From an uncultured Verrucomicrobiaceae bacterium (GTDB lineage: Bacteria; Verrucomicrobiota; Verrucomicrobiia; Methylacidiphilales; CAYYVW01), in assembly GCA_964473925.1 (NCBI GenBank), contig CAYYVW010000001.1:38974-102973 (forward strand): a stretch of DNA of 64,000 nucleotides. The letters run 5' to 3'. Below the pieces are notes generated by a model. The model did no database searches. It was not told the DNA's origin and saw only the letters and a list, made by a program, of their open reading frames with translations. Position numbers and translations under genes: made by a program. Shown piece after piece: positions 19,574 to 27,864 of the stretch (within the stretch, counting starts at the first letter, position 1; every line of letters begins with the position of its first letter).

Positions 19574-20457
19574 CACGGGTTAGCAGCATGGAGCGCGTGC
19601 CGAAAGAGGGTGGGAGATTGCCCGGTGATTTTTTTAAACATGCGGTTGAAGTGATTGAGCGATTGGAATCCCACCTCAAACGCCACCTCGCTGATCCGCT
19701 TGTGTGGATTGAGTAGAAGGTTTTTGGCTTTTTCAACTCGGACGCGCGCCAGATAATCGGTGAAGTTAAGCCCCGTCGTCTTCTTGAACATCTTGCAGAA
19801 ATAGTACGTGCTGATGTGTAAGCCCTTAGCCATCGTGTCCAGGGAAATCGCTTCGCCGGATTGGTTTTCAATCATCTGCTTGGCTTTTTGGATCATTGGC
19901 GATTCGGCATTTTCATTTTCAACCATCGCCTGGTTGTAAATGACGGATAGATGCTTCGCGAAGGTCTCCAGTAGCTTGAGCATGGCCTGATACTGTTCGC
20001 GGGTGAGTGCTTGAGAATTGAAGTAGGCTTCCTCCAACTTAGCCAAATCTGTCTCCACTCCCCATTTCAAGAGCTGGCGCGTAATTTTCTGGAACTTGGC
20101 TTGCGAAGGTTTTTCCAGCGCTACTTGTCCTGTTTGCAAAAATCCGATGACGCGATCTCCCACCTGAACCGGTACCGTGCTGTCGCAAAGTCCCGCAAAA
20201 CAAGTTGCTGAGTGCGTTTTTCCCGCAATGGGATCAGAAAGCTTGTCCTGCATCTGTAGGCAGGCGGCGCAGCTCTTGCTGGATTTAGCCATCAAGACAC
20301 AAAATGGATTTTGCGTTTTCTTGCCGTGATGCGCCATATCCCATACTTGCACCGGACGCAGCGTCAAGGGCAGGTGCGTGGCGGCGCTAAATGCCTGCTC
20401 GTAATCCTGGTAGATTTTGGAGCGTGAGAGGCGCTCCACGATGGCGCGTTCAGGCAT
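19570..20457 (-). CDS. AraC family regulator with PocR-like sensor domain
   Basis: N-terminal NPFCVLM...CAAC...CFAGLCDSTVPV; C-terminal double HTH YFCKMFKK...VGFQSLNHFNRMFKK. Confidence 0.92.
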   Translation of the reverse strand: MPERAIVERLSRSKIYQDYEQAFSAATHLPLTLRPVQVWDMAHHGKKTQNPFCVLMAKSSKSCAACLQMQDKLSDPIAGKTHSATCFAGLCDSTVPVQVGDRVIGFLQTGQVALEKPSQAKFQKITRQLLKWGVETDLAKLEEAYFNSQALTREQYQAMLKLLETFAKHLSVIYNQAMVENENAESPMIQKAKQMIENQSGEAISLDTMAKGLHISTYYFCKMFKKTTGLNFTDYLARVRVEKAKNLLLNPHKRISEVAFEVGFQSLNHFNRMFKKITGQSPTLFRHALHAANPC

Positions 20458-20593
20458 GTTGAAAGCATTCGCTTGGCTAATAGAGAGGCAAGAAAATTTA
20501 ATTCACAAGTTATTCACAATATTAGTGCGGAAGGATTAACTTGTTGATCATTAAAAAGTTACGAGCATCCATTCAAACAGCAAAGCGCATGCC

Positions 20594-20628
20594 AAAAAAT
20601 GCACAATATTGGCCAAGCTGAGGGTAGC
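20594..20628 (+). promoter_or_regulatory. Conserved motif upstream of usp
   Basis: AAAAAA-N9-TTGGCCAAG-N4-GGGTAGC, matches 18237-18271. Confidence 0.55.
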
Positions 20629-20679
20629 TGATGGTTGGCGATGAGTGCAGGATGGATCAGGCACCACGCTCCTCATTCC

Positions 20680-21228
20680 ATGAAAACCTCCACATCGACT
20701 ACAAAGCAAAAAGAAGTCCGAGGCCCAAAAGGCACACCGCAATCTCGACCGCTACATGGAGTATCACCCGTCTGGAGCGTGCGGAATATTTTGGCGCCCG
20801 TCGATTTCTCGGATTGCTCGAACTTGGGACTGGCACACGCCACGGCTTTAGCCAAGGCATTGGGGTCGGAGTTGGACATTCTTCATGTTTTTACGCCCGT
20901 CGTTCATCCTCCGGCCATGGATGCCATGGTGCTTATGGATTATCTTCCGACCGAGGAAAAGGCGCGAGAGCGTTTACAAGAGTTGCGGGATGAATATTGC
21001 AAGGGCATTCCGACGAAAACGCATTTAAGGAAGGCGGGCTGGCAACACGGCGGCGTAATCGAGGTGCTTCTGGATCATGCTCAAAGCTCGGGAGCGGATT
21101 TGATTGTGATCGCTGCGCATGGTTACGGAAAATTGGAGCGCTTTCTGATGGGCAGCACGACGGAAAAATTGGTGCGTCACGCCTCCTGCCCGGTTTTGGT
21201 CATTCGAGAAAAAACAAGAAATCAGTAA
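20680..21228 (+). CDS. Universal stress protein (UspA family)
   Basis: ILAPVDFS, ADLIVIAAHG, FLMGSTTEKLVRHASCPVLV. Confidence 0.92.
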   Translation: MKTSTSTTKQKEVRGPKGTPQSRPLHGVSPVWSVRNILAPVDFSDCSNLGLAHATALAKALGSELDILHVFTPVVHPPAMDAMVLMDYLPTEEKARERLQELRDEYCKGIPTKTHLRKAGWQHGGVIEVLLDHAQSSGADLIVIAAHGYGKLERFLMGSTTEKLVRHASCPVLVIREKTRNQ

Positions 21229-21230
21229 TT

Positions 21231-21683
21231 ATGAATAATCCAAATTACATCGACGCATTTGAAAATTCCTTACAGCAGGCCAATCGTTGGCTGGATTTAC
21301 TGGCGGAAAAATATGACCTGGCCAGCCGGCAGCAGGCGTACAACATTCTCCGAACGGTTTTACAGGCATTACGTGAGCGGCTGCCAGATGCTGGTATCGC
21401 CGTGCTTTCTGCGCAGCTTCCCCTGATCCTGCGGGGGGTTTTCATGGAAGGCTGGACGCCGGGCAAGCCGGAAAAGCTGCATGTGGATGAGTTCTGCGAA
21501 ACAGTAGCCCGGAACATTAAGATTGATCGCTATTTTGATGGGTTGATTGCAACCCAAGCCGTGCTGCAATTGCTCGATCAAGAACTGGCCCCCGGCACGA
21601 TCGAGAAATTGCTTCATCTTCTGCCGTCGGATTTTCGGAGCAAGCTCACCCCCTGGCACACAACCCACGTAACCACCCGTTAA
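21231..21683 (+). CDS. DUF2267 family protein
   Basis: LQQANRWL..L...AYNILRTVLQALRERL...LSAQLPLILRGVFMEGW...LP. Confidence 0.85.
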   Translation: MNNPNYIDAFENSLQQANRWLDLLAEKYDLASRQQAYNILRTVLQALRERLPDAGIAVLSAQLPLILRGVFMEGWTPGKPEKLHVDEFCETVARNIKIDRYFDGLIATQAVLQLLDQELAPGTIEKLLHLLPSDFRSKLTPWHTTHVTTR

Positions 21684-21694
21684 TCCTCTCATTG

Positions 21695-22396
21695 ATGAAA
21701 TCGTTTCCATTCTTTGTAACATTCCTTCTGCTGACCTTGGCGACCATTGCGTTGGGTCATGCCTCCGACATGTGCCAGACCGTGAAAAAAGCGACCGCCA
21801 TTCTTGAAGCACGGCAGGAATCTGACAATCGCATCTCCTTCGCTGGGCTTTGCAATGCGAAGGGTGTGGCGATCATCGAGATGACACGGGCGGGATTGGT
21901 GGTCGGTGGCACCCGTGGAGAAGGCATTGTGGTCCTGCGCATGCCTCGATGGGCAAAGGAGGGTCGCTGGTCGGCTCCGATTCCTATCCGAATCACTGGC
22001 GCAAGCCTCGGCGCCCAGATTGGCAAATCTAAGACTCGTGCCATCATCTTGCTTAATACTGACCGCGCGGTGCGTATTTTTACAACCAACAACAAGGTGG
22101 TATGGAGCGCAGCGGCCAGCAGAACTTCCGGCGCCGATACCGCCACGCGGCAAAGAATGTCAGCTTTATCCAGTCAGGACATTACGGTTTACCGCGACAC
22201 TCATGGGTATTACCGCGGCGCGACCTTGGGTGGCAGCACCATTCATTTCCAAAAGAACAAGTTGTGTGACGCCTACGGCCGGGATGTGGACTTGCAAGAT
22301 GTTCGCATCGGGAGGGTGGCGCCTCAGGATTACTGCAAGCGGCTGATCTGGCTTTTGGAAGGCGATCCGCACTTTGCCAAGCGGCCACGCAATTGA
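21695..22396 (+). CDS. Lipid-binding SYLF/Ysc84 domain protein with signal peptide
   Basis: AKGVAII...AGLVVGGTRGEG...WSAP...GASLGAQIG...VY....GYYRGATLGG. Confidence 0.8.
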   Translation: MKSFPFFVTFLLLTLATIALGHASDMCQTVKKATAILEARQESDNRISFAGLCNAKGVAIIEMTRAGLVVGGTRGEGIVVLRMPRWAKEGRWSAPIPIRITGASLGAQIGKSKTRAIILLNTDRAVRIFTTNNKVVWSAAASRTSGADTATRQRMSALSSQDITVYRDTHGYYRGATLGGSTIHFQKNKLCDAYGRDVDLQDVRIGRVAPQDYCKRLIWLLEGDPHFAKRPRN

Positions 22397-22572
22397 CCAA
22401 ATCGTGCGTATTCTGATCGACACGCTTGAATGGGAGGGCGAGTTGAAAATTCCGGCAAACGACCAAGACATGCAGCGGCGCGGCTGCTTTAGTGGTGGGA
22501 AGGAAGACCCAATCTTAGGGAATTGTCGCAGAAGTAGCGATTTTACAGTCTTACCTCATAGTTATCGTCCGG

Positions 22573-22911
22573 TTATCGCAACTTCTGCGCGAGAGTGCGG
22601 GCGTCTTGCTGGATGCGGGCGCACATCAGCTCGCAAAGTTGGATCAGTCGAAAGTCGCAAATCTCATAGCGAACAAAATTGCCGTCACGCTTGCCTCGAA
22701 CAAAGCGGGCTTGTTGCAATAGACTTAAATGCTTGGAAACGTTGCCTTGCTGCATTTTGGTGGCGTTCACCAGTTCCGTGACGGTCATCGGTCCGTCCAT
22801 GAGCGCGCGCAGCAGCATCAGGCGGGAGGGCTCGGCAAGCATTGCAAAGAGCCGCGCGGATTCCTCCAGCTGCGCGTCGGACATTTTCCTTTTCTTTTTA
22901 ATTTGTTTCAT
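22573..22911 (-). CDS. ArsR/SmtB family transcriptional regulator
   Basis: FAMLAEPSRLMLL...TVTELV...QGNVSKHL..L...R.G..VRY; C-terminal LCELMC. Confidence 0.92.
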   Translation of the reverse strand: MKQIKKKRKMSDAQLEESARLFAMLAEPSRLMLLRALMDGPMTVTELVNATKMQQGNVSKHLSLLQQARFVRGKRDGNFVRYEICDFRLIQLCELMCARIQQDARTLAQKLR

Positions 22912-22960
22912 TCAAATATTGCTTTATAGTGATATAGAAATATTCCATACAAATACTTTT

Positions 22961-23527
22961 ATGACAACTTCAAATGACATTCCAGCCACGGTATCCCCCA
23001 GCCAGGCGGCGGGGATGCAAGCCTCCGCCTTATTTCTCGACGTCCGCACGCCCGGCGAGTTTGAGCAGGCGCATATTGAAGGCGCAGTGCTCCATCCGCT
23101 CTCGGAACTTAATCCGGAGGCAGTCCGTCAAAAAGCATCGGGCAAATCGGCCTGCGTCGTGATTTGCCGAACGGGGAACCGGGCGCGGCAGGCGGCGCGG
23201 CGGCTGACCGGGGTGGGCCATCAAAATGTGCGCGTCTTGGAAGGCGGGTTGCAAGCCTGGCAAGACGCCGGGTTGCCGGTGATGCTTGGGCGTAAAAGCA
23301 TCTCTCTGGAGCGGCAAGTGCGGATCGCGGCGGGAACGCTCGTGGTTATCGGCGCGGCGCTGGGATATTTTGTGCACCCGGCTTGGATGGCGCTGTCGGC
23401 CTTCGTTGGTGCCGGCTTGGTTTTCGCGGGAATCACTGACACCTGCGGAATGGGGATGCTTTTGGCGCGGATGCCGTGGAATAATCGCCGCAGTTGCGCG
23501 ACGGGCGCTTGTTCCTCCAAACCTTAA
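22961..23527 (+). CDS. Rhodanese domain + DUF2892 membrane protein (YgaP-like)
   Basis: LDVRTPGEF..AHIEG, active-site ICRTGNRA, SLERQVRIAAG...GITDTCGMG..LARMPWN; ATG at 22961. Confidence 0.92.
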   Translation: MTTSNDIPATVSPSQAAGMQASALFLDVRTPGEFEQAHIEGAVLHPLSELNPEAVRQKASGKSACVVICRTGNRARQAARRLTGVGHQNVRVLEGGLQAWQDAGLPVMLGRKSISLERQVRIAAGTLVVIGAALGYFVHPAWMALSAFVGAGLVFAGITDTCGMGMLLARMPWNNRRSCATGACSSKP

Positions 23528-23544
23528 CCTCAACGAATCGACCT

Positions 23545-24981
23545 ATGCTTTTACGACAAATCTTCGATCCCTATCTGGCGCAATACGCGTACCTCGTTGG
23601 TTGCCAGCGAACGGGCGAGGCGCTGATGATTGACCCACTGCGTGACATTGATCAATACGAGCGCTTGGTCCACGACAACGGCTTGCGAATCACCGCGGTG
23701 GCTGAAACGCATATTCATGCCGATTTTGTCAGCGGCGCGTCGGAGTTTGCTCAAAAGCCAAGTATTCATCTGTATCTGTCGGCGGAAGGAGGCCCGGATT
23801 GGCAATACCGCTGGCCGGGAGCGCGCCCAAACGTTCATTTGTTAAAGGATGGACAAGTGTTTCATGTCGGCAAAATTCGTGTTGAAGCCATCGCCACTCC
23901 CGGCCATACGCCGGAACACTTGAGTTATCTCATCACGGATGAAGGCGGCGGCGCGGATCAGCCAATTGCTTTGGCGACTGGGGACTTTCTCTTTGTCGGC
24001 GACGTGGGTCGCCCGGACTTGCTGGAGTCTGCGGCGGGCATTGCGGGAATGATGGAGCCATCGGCGCGGACGCTGCAGGCGTCCCTGGCGAAGAAATTGC
24101 AACCGCTCGCGGACTGGCTGCAAATTCTTCCGGCGCATGGCGCGGGAAGCGCGTGTGGCAAGGCGCTGGGGGCAGTTCCGACCAGCACGCTGGGATATGA
24201 GCGGCGTTTCAATCACGCGCTCAAACTGGCGTCAGAAGATGGCGCGGCTTTTATTAAAGACATCCTCTCCGGGCAGCCGGAGCCGCCGCTTTATTTTGCA
24301 ACAATGAAGCGGGTCAACCGTGATGGCATTCGCGTGACCGGCGGCGTGCCGCAAGCAACTCATCTTTCGGCCAAAGAATTTGAAAAATTGGCGGCGGACC
24401 CCAAAACGATGGTGCTCGATGCGCGAATGGATCGGGCGGATTTTGACGCCCGGCATGTGCCGCGCTCCATTCACGCGCCTCTGCGTTCTTTCTTTTTTAC
24501 GACGGCGGCCGGCTCTTATGCGGGAGAAAATGATCCGATTCTCCTGGTTCTCGAAAATCAGGAAGATGCCGATTTGGCCTTGCGCCAATTGTACCGCATC
24601 GGCCTGGATGAGGTGTGCGGATGGATCACGCTCGAAGAAGCGCAAAAGGCTGAGTTGCTCACCGGCAAGCTCGAGCGCATCGAGTTTTATCAGTTCGATG
24701 CATCCAAGGCGCAGGTGGAAGGAGTTATTCTGGATGTGCGCACGAGCAAGGAATTTGAAGACGGTCATCTGCAAGGCGCGCTTTCCATTCCTTACACGCG
24801 GCTGAAAGCTCGCTTAAGTGAAGCGCCGCAGGGCAAGCGCTTATTTGTGCATTGCGGTTCGGGCAGACGGGCTTCGTTGGCGGCGTCGTTTCTCAAAGCC
24901 CGTGGCTATGACGCGGTGCATGTGGATGGCGTGTGCAAGGACTGCCAGCGGATCGCGCACGAACGCGGAATAGCTCATTAA
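23545..24981 (+). CDS. MBL-fold persulfide dioxygenase fused to rhodanese domains (CstB/Blh-like)
   Basis: ETHIHADFVSG, TPGHTPEH, TGDFLFVGDVGRPDL, PAHGAGSACGK; C-terminal LDVR...VHCGSGRRAS. Confidence 0.92.
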   Translation: MLLRQIFDPYLAQYAYLVGCQRTGEALMIDPLRDIDQYERLVHDNGLRITAVAETHIHADFVSGASEFAQKPSIHLYLSAEGGPDWQYRWPGARPNVHLLKDGQVFHVGKIRVEAIATPGHTPEHLSYLITDEGGGADQPIALATGDFLFVGDVGRPDLLESAAGIAGMMEPSARTLQASLAKKLQPLADWLQILPAHGAGSACGKALGAVPTSTLGYERRFNHALKLASEDGAAFIKDILSGQPEPPLYFATMKRVNRDGIRVTGGVPQATHLSAKEFEKLAADPKTMVLDARMDRADFDARHVPRSIHAPLRSFFFTTAAGSYAGENDPILLVLENQEDADLALRQLYRIGLDEVCGWITLEEAQKAELLTGKLERIEFYQFDASKAQVEGVILDVRTSKEFEDGHLQGALSIPYTRLKARLSEAPQGKRLFVHCGSGRRASLAASFLKARGYDAVHVDGVCKDCQRIAHERGIAH

Positions 24982-25168
24982 TGAGCCTTGTCATACTCTA
25001 TGGTGGGAGTCGCGCTATGGATGCTGAATTAAACAGCTGAGTTGATAAGTAAGCTATTGGATTTATTGACAGCTAGTTGCCTGGATGAATAGTAAAACGT
25101 GCGCTTTTGTGCTTTTTGGTTCGTACATGTTCTCTCGTAAGTTGCTGATTACGAGGTAGACATCTGGA

Positions 25169-25208
25169 TTAGTAAGCCTTCGCCTTCAGCCGCTCGGCCA
25201 CAGCTCCT
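25169..25208 (-). pseudogene. Displaced, degenerate 5' half of tRNA-Ser (att junction)
   Basis: TTAGTAAGCCTTCGCCTTCAGCCGCTCGGCCACAGCTCCT, 36/40 identical to 9879-9918. Confidence 0.85.
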
Positions 25209-25233
25209 GGTCAGTTCACGTGACTCTATTGAG

Positions 25234-25335
25234 ATGGAAGGAGCACGGGCCGATGGCAAGCGCGTTCGCAGATTCTCCCGAGTCAAAACTAAGATAGAGT
25301 ATTGGGATGTCGATGAGCCTTGGGTAGGCATTTGA
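25234..25335 (+). pseudogene. Remnant of integrase N-terminus
   Basis: EGARADGKRVRRFSRVKTKIEYW vs integrase residues 22-44 EGLRVNGKRVRKFFPTKTEAETW (13/23 identical, ungapped); exact 16-nt match ATGGCAAGCGCGTTCG. Confidence 0.75.
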
Positions 25336-25372
25336 CGCTTCGAATTTTTAATGCATGCTCATCAATCAGCTT

Positions 25373-25699
25373 ATGCGTTTCACCAAAACCACGTGCGCTG
25401 CGATTGCCGTTATGATGGCGCTGGTTTTCTGCGGGCAGGTGGCGGTTTCGTATGCGTTGCAGCTGGGTGTGATGCAGGATGCGTGCGAGCAGTCCTGCAA
25501 TGGGCAAGAGTCCAAGCAGGATGCAAAGGCTCCGCACTGCGCTTGTGTGTGCCATGTTCTTTCGATTGCCGCATTGGCAGACCCGAGTGCGATTCAGGTG
25601 ACGTCGCTCAATCGTGCTACTCGATGTGTTCCGGCTTTGGTTGAAACTCTGCCGGACGGCCCCGTTCGGGCCATTGAAGTGCCGCCTCAATTAGGCTAA
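25373..25699 (+). CDS. Small Cys/His-rich leader-like protein upstream of czcCBA
   Basis: Hydrophobic N-terminus, HCACVCH, C-terminal PDGPVRAIEVPPQLG; start may be 25355 or 25373. Confidence 0.7.
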   Translation: MRFTKTTCAAIAVMMALVFCGQVAVSYALQLGVMQDACEQSCNGQESKQDAKAPHCACVCHVLSIAALADPSAIQVTSLNRATRCVPALVETLPDGPVRAIEVPPQLG

Positions 25700-25741
25700 A
25701 CGCCGACCGCTGGCCCTTTGCCAGTGCGTCTTTTTGTCCAC

Positions 25742-25768
25742 AAGCCCTCCCTGCATGGGGGGTGCTTT
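25742..25768 (+). terminator. Attenuator-like hairpin between leader ORF and czcC
   Basis: AAGCCCTCCC-TGCAT-GGGGGGTGCTT stem with one bulge and one G:U, short U-tract. Confidence 0.4.
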
Positions 25769-25786
25769 CACTTCAACGTTTTAACC

Positions 25787-27112
25787 ATGAATCAACGCTT
25801 ACATTTTTTACGGCTGCAGAATGTCTGCCGATGCTTCGGCGCGGCGATGCTGTTGGCTTTAGCCGTGCAAGGAGCCGTGGCGGTTGAGACGCGCCAGCAC
25901 GATTTATTGGAAGCGATGGTGAGCACGGTTTTGGAGCGCAACACGGAGCTTCAATCTTATGCCGCCGAGGTGGATGCGATGCGTGGCCAGCGTCGTCAGG
26001 CGGGAGCATGGAAAAATCCGGAAGTGACGGTCAGCGGAGGAGCGCGCGCGTTTTATGATTATGGGCAGAACGTCACGAATAAGGGACATGTGGTGGATGT
26101 TTCCGTGCAGCAGACGTTTGAGTTTCCGGGGAAGGGCTCGTTGCGCAAGGCGATTGCGGAGCGCAATATTCAATTGGCACAGTTGGGGCTCGAGCAATTT
26201 AAACTGTCGTTGGCCGGACAGGTGAGGCACTTGGCGCTGAAGCATCACGTGGTGTCTGAAAGTCTGATGGCTGCGCAAGAAGTTCAGAGTCGTAGTGCGG
26301 CGCTCATTGCACTTTTAAAAGATCGCCCGGCGGCCGGTTCGGCTCCGTATTTGGAGATGCGTGTGCTCGAAGGGACGCTGATGGAACTGCGCCAAAACAT
26401 GGCGGAGCTGGCGCAGGAGCGGGAGGAGTCGCGGATTCAACTCAACAGTCTGCTCGGGTTGCCGCTGGAGCAGCCGTTGTCACTAAACCTGAACAGTGAA
26501 TTGCCTTCGCAGATTCCGCCGCTTCAGGATTGGCTGACGGCGGGATTGTTGAAGAATTTTCAGCTGCGCATCCGATTAGTGGAATTGGATCGGGCACAGG
26601 ATGAAATCAGCGCTGCGAAGCTGGCGGCGGCGCCGGACTTTCAGATCGGGCCGTTTTTCAGCCGACAAGATGCCCGTCAGGAAGAGGCGGGGGTGAAAAG
26701 CGGCGAGAAAGAAACCAATGTGGGGCTTTCGCTGACGATGGCATTGCCGCTTTGGAATCAAAATCAAGGGAACGTGGACGCAGCGCGGGCACGGCAGCAA
26801 CAGACACAAGCATTGGCGGCGGACGCGCGGCGGAAAGTGGAAGCGGAGATCGCCGCCCGAATGCGCGCGTATCAGATTGCGCGAGCGCAATGCGGTGAGG
26901 CGCCGCTGGAGACGGTTCGCCAGCTGCAGGCCGCCGCGGAGTTGGCCGACCGCCAATATCGTCAGAGTGTTATTCCAGTGCAGCTATTTCTGGAAACGCA
27001 GCGCGCGTGGCTCAATGCGCAGCGCGGGCGCTCGAGTGCTTTGGAACGCGGCTGGGCCAATCTTCTGGACCTTCAGCTGCTCACGGGAGGTTCGGTCAAG
27101 TTCACGCCATGA
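25787..27112 (+). CDS. czcC: TolC-family outer-membrane channel of heavy-metal efflux (CzcC-like)
   Basis: QAGAWKNPEV, QTFEFPGK...R, LPLWNQNQGNV repeats; first gene of the CBA operon. Confidence 0.88.
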   Translation: MNQRLHFLRLQNVCRCFGAAMLLALAVQGAVAVETRQHDLLEAMVSTVLERNTELQSYAAEVDAMRGQRRQAGAWKNPEVTVSGGARAFYDYGQNVTNKGHVVDVSVQQTFEFPGKGSLRKAIAERNIQLAQLGLEQFKLSLAGQVRHLALKHHVVSESLMAAQEVQSRSAALIALLKDRPAAGSAPYLEMRVLEGTLMELRQNMAELAQEREESRIQLNSLLGLPLEQPLSLNLNSELPSQIPPLQDWLTAGLLKNFQLRIRLVELDRAQDEISAAKLAAAPDFQIGPFFSRQDARQEEAGVKSGEKETNVGLSLTMALPLWNQNQGNVDAARARQQQTQALAADARRKVEAEIAARMRAYQIARAQCGEAPLETVRQLQAAAELADRQYRQSVIPVQLFLETQRAWLNAQRGRSSALERGWANLLDLQLLTGGSVKFTP

Positions 27113-27861
27113 AAAAATTCATCGGTATTTTAACGCTCATGATTTTGGTGTTAGCGGGATGCACGGCGAAAAAGCCGGAAGCTGTCGATCCTCACGCTCA
27201 CGAGGAAACGGGTGTGCAGCATGTCGCGGAGAAAGGTCTGCTGATTCCAGACAAAACGCAGCGGGCTATTGGATTGAAAATAGCAGAAGTCACCAAGCGC
27301 AGCATGACGCAGCAATTGAACGTTGCGGCGCAAGTCTATCGCGCTGCGGCTGAATCCAATGGCTCTTCCGCCAAGGGAAATGCCGCCGCGAGCGCGCTGC
27401 TGCCCAAAATGGATGCGGTGAAGATCCCGGAGCAAGCAGCCGCACAAATCCGTCTACGAGGCAAAACTGGTGTAACCGCATTGCCTGGCAAAGTAACACG
27501 GTTGGACCGGCAGCTCGAATCGGTTACTGGACAAACCGAAATTTTGTTGGAGATCACCGATCCTGCGGGACAGCTGCGAGTGGGTGATTTTGTCGATGTA
27601 GAGTTTGCATGGGGTGATAAGAGTTCCGAGGCATTGGTAATTCCCCGCACAGCGCTTCTACGCAGTGCGCAGGGAACGTTTGCGTACGCTCAGCGCGAGG
27701 GCCATTTTCTGCGAACGGCCGTCACAGTGGGAGCCGCGAGCGCCGGCGACGTGGAAATCCGGGAAGGGTTGACCGCTGGCGAGCAAGTGGCAGATGGCGC
27801 GGTCGAAATGCTGTGGCTGATTGAACTGCAGATGGTACAGGGAGGCGGACACTCGCATTAA
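27109..27861 (+). CDS. czcB: Periplasmic adaptor lipoprotein (short CzcB-like)
   Basis: Lipobox LAGC, HAHEE, LRVGDFVDVEF, VIPRTALL, VEIREGL..GEQV; 250 aa. Confidence 0.82.
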   Translation: MKKFIGILTLMILVLAGCTAKKPEAVDPHAHEETGVQHVAEKGLLIPDKTQRAIGLKIAEVTKRSMTQQLNVAAQVYRAAAESNGSSAKGNAAASALLPKMDAVKIPEQAAAQIRLRGKTGVTALPGKVTRLDRQLESVTGQTEILLEITDPAGQLRVGDFVDVEFAWGDKSSEALVIPRTALLRSAQGTFAYAQREGHFLRTAVTVGAASAGDVEIREGLTAGEQVADGAVEMLWLIELQMVQGGGHSH

Positions 27862-27864
27862 TTT

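Larger units (their letters stand above)
9879..25208. mobile_element. Integrase-encoding genomic island on the 5' side of tRNA-Ser(GCT)
   Basis: Direct repeat 9879-9918 vs 25169-25208 (36/40 identical, tRNA 5' half through anticodon loop); tyrosine recombinase adjacent to the tRNA; accessory cargo between. Confidence 0.75.

Noticed and set aside
22679-22960. N-terminal extension of the rhodanese ORF
   Set aside because: Overlaps the divergent ArsR gene antisense; ATG at 22961 fits the domain start.
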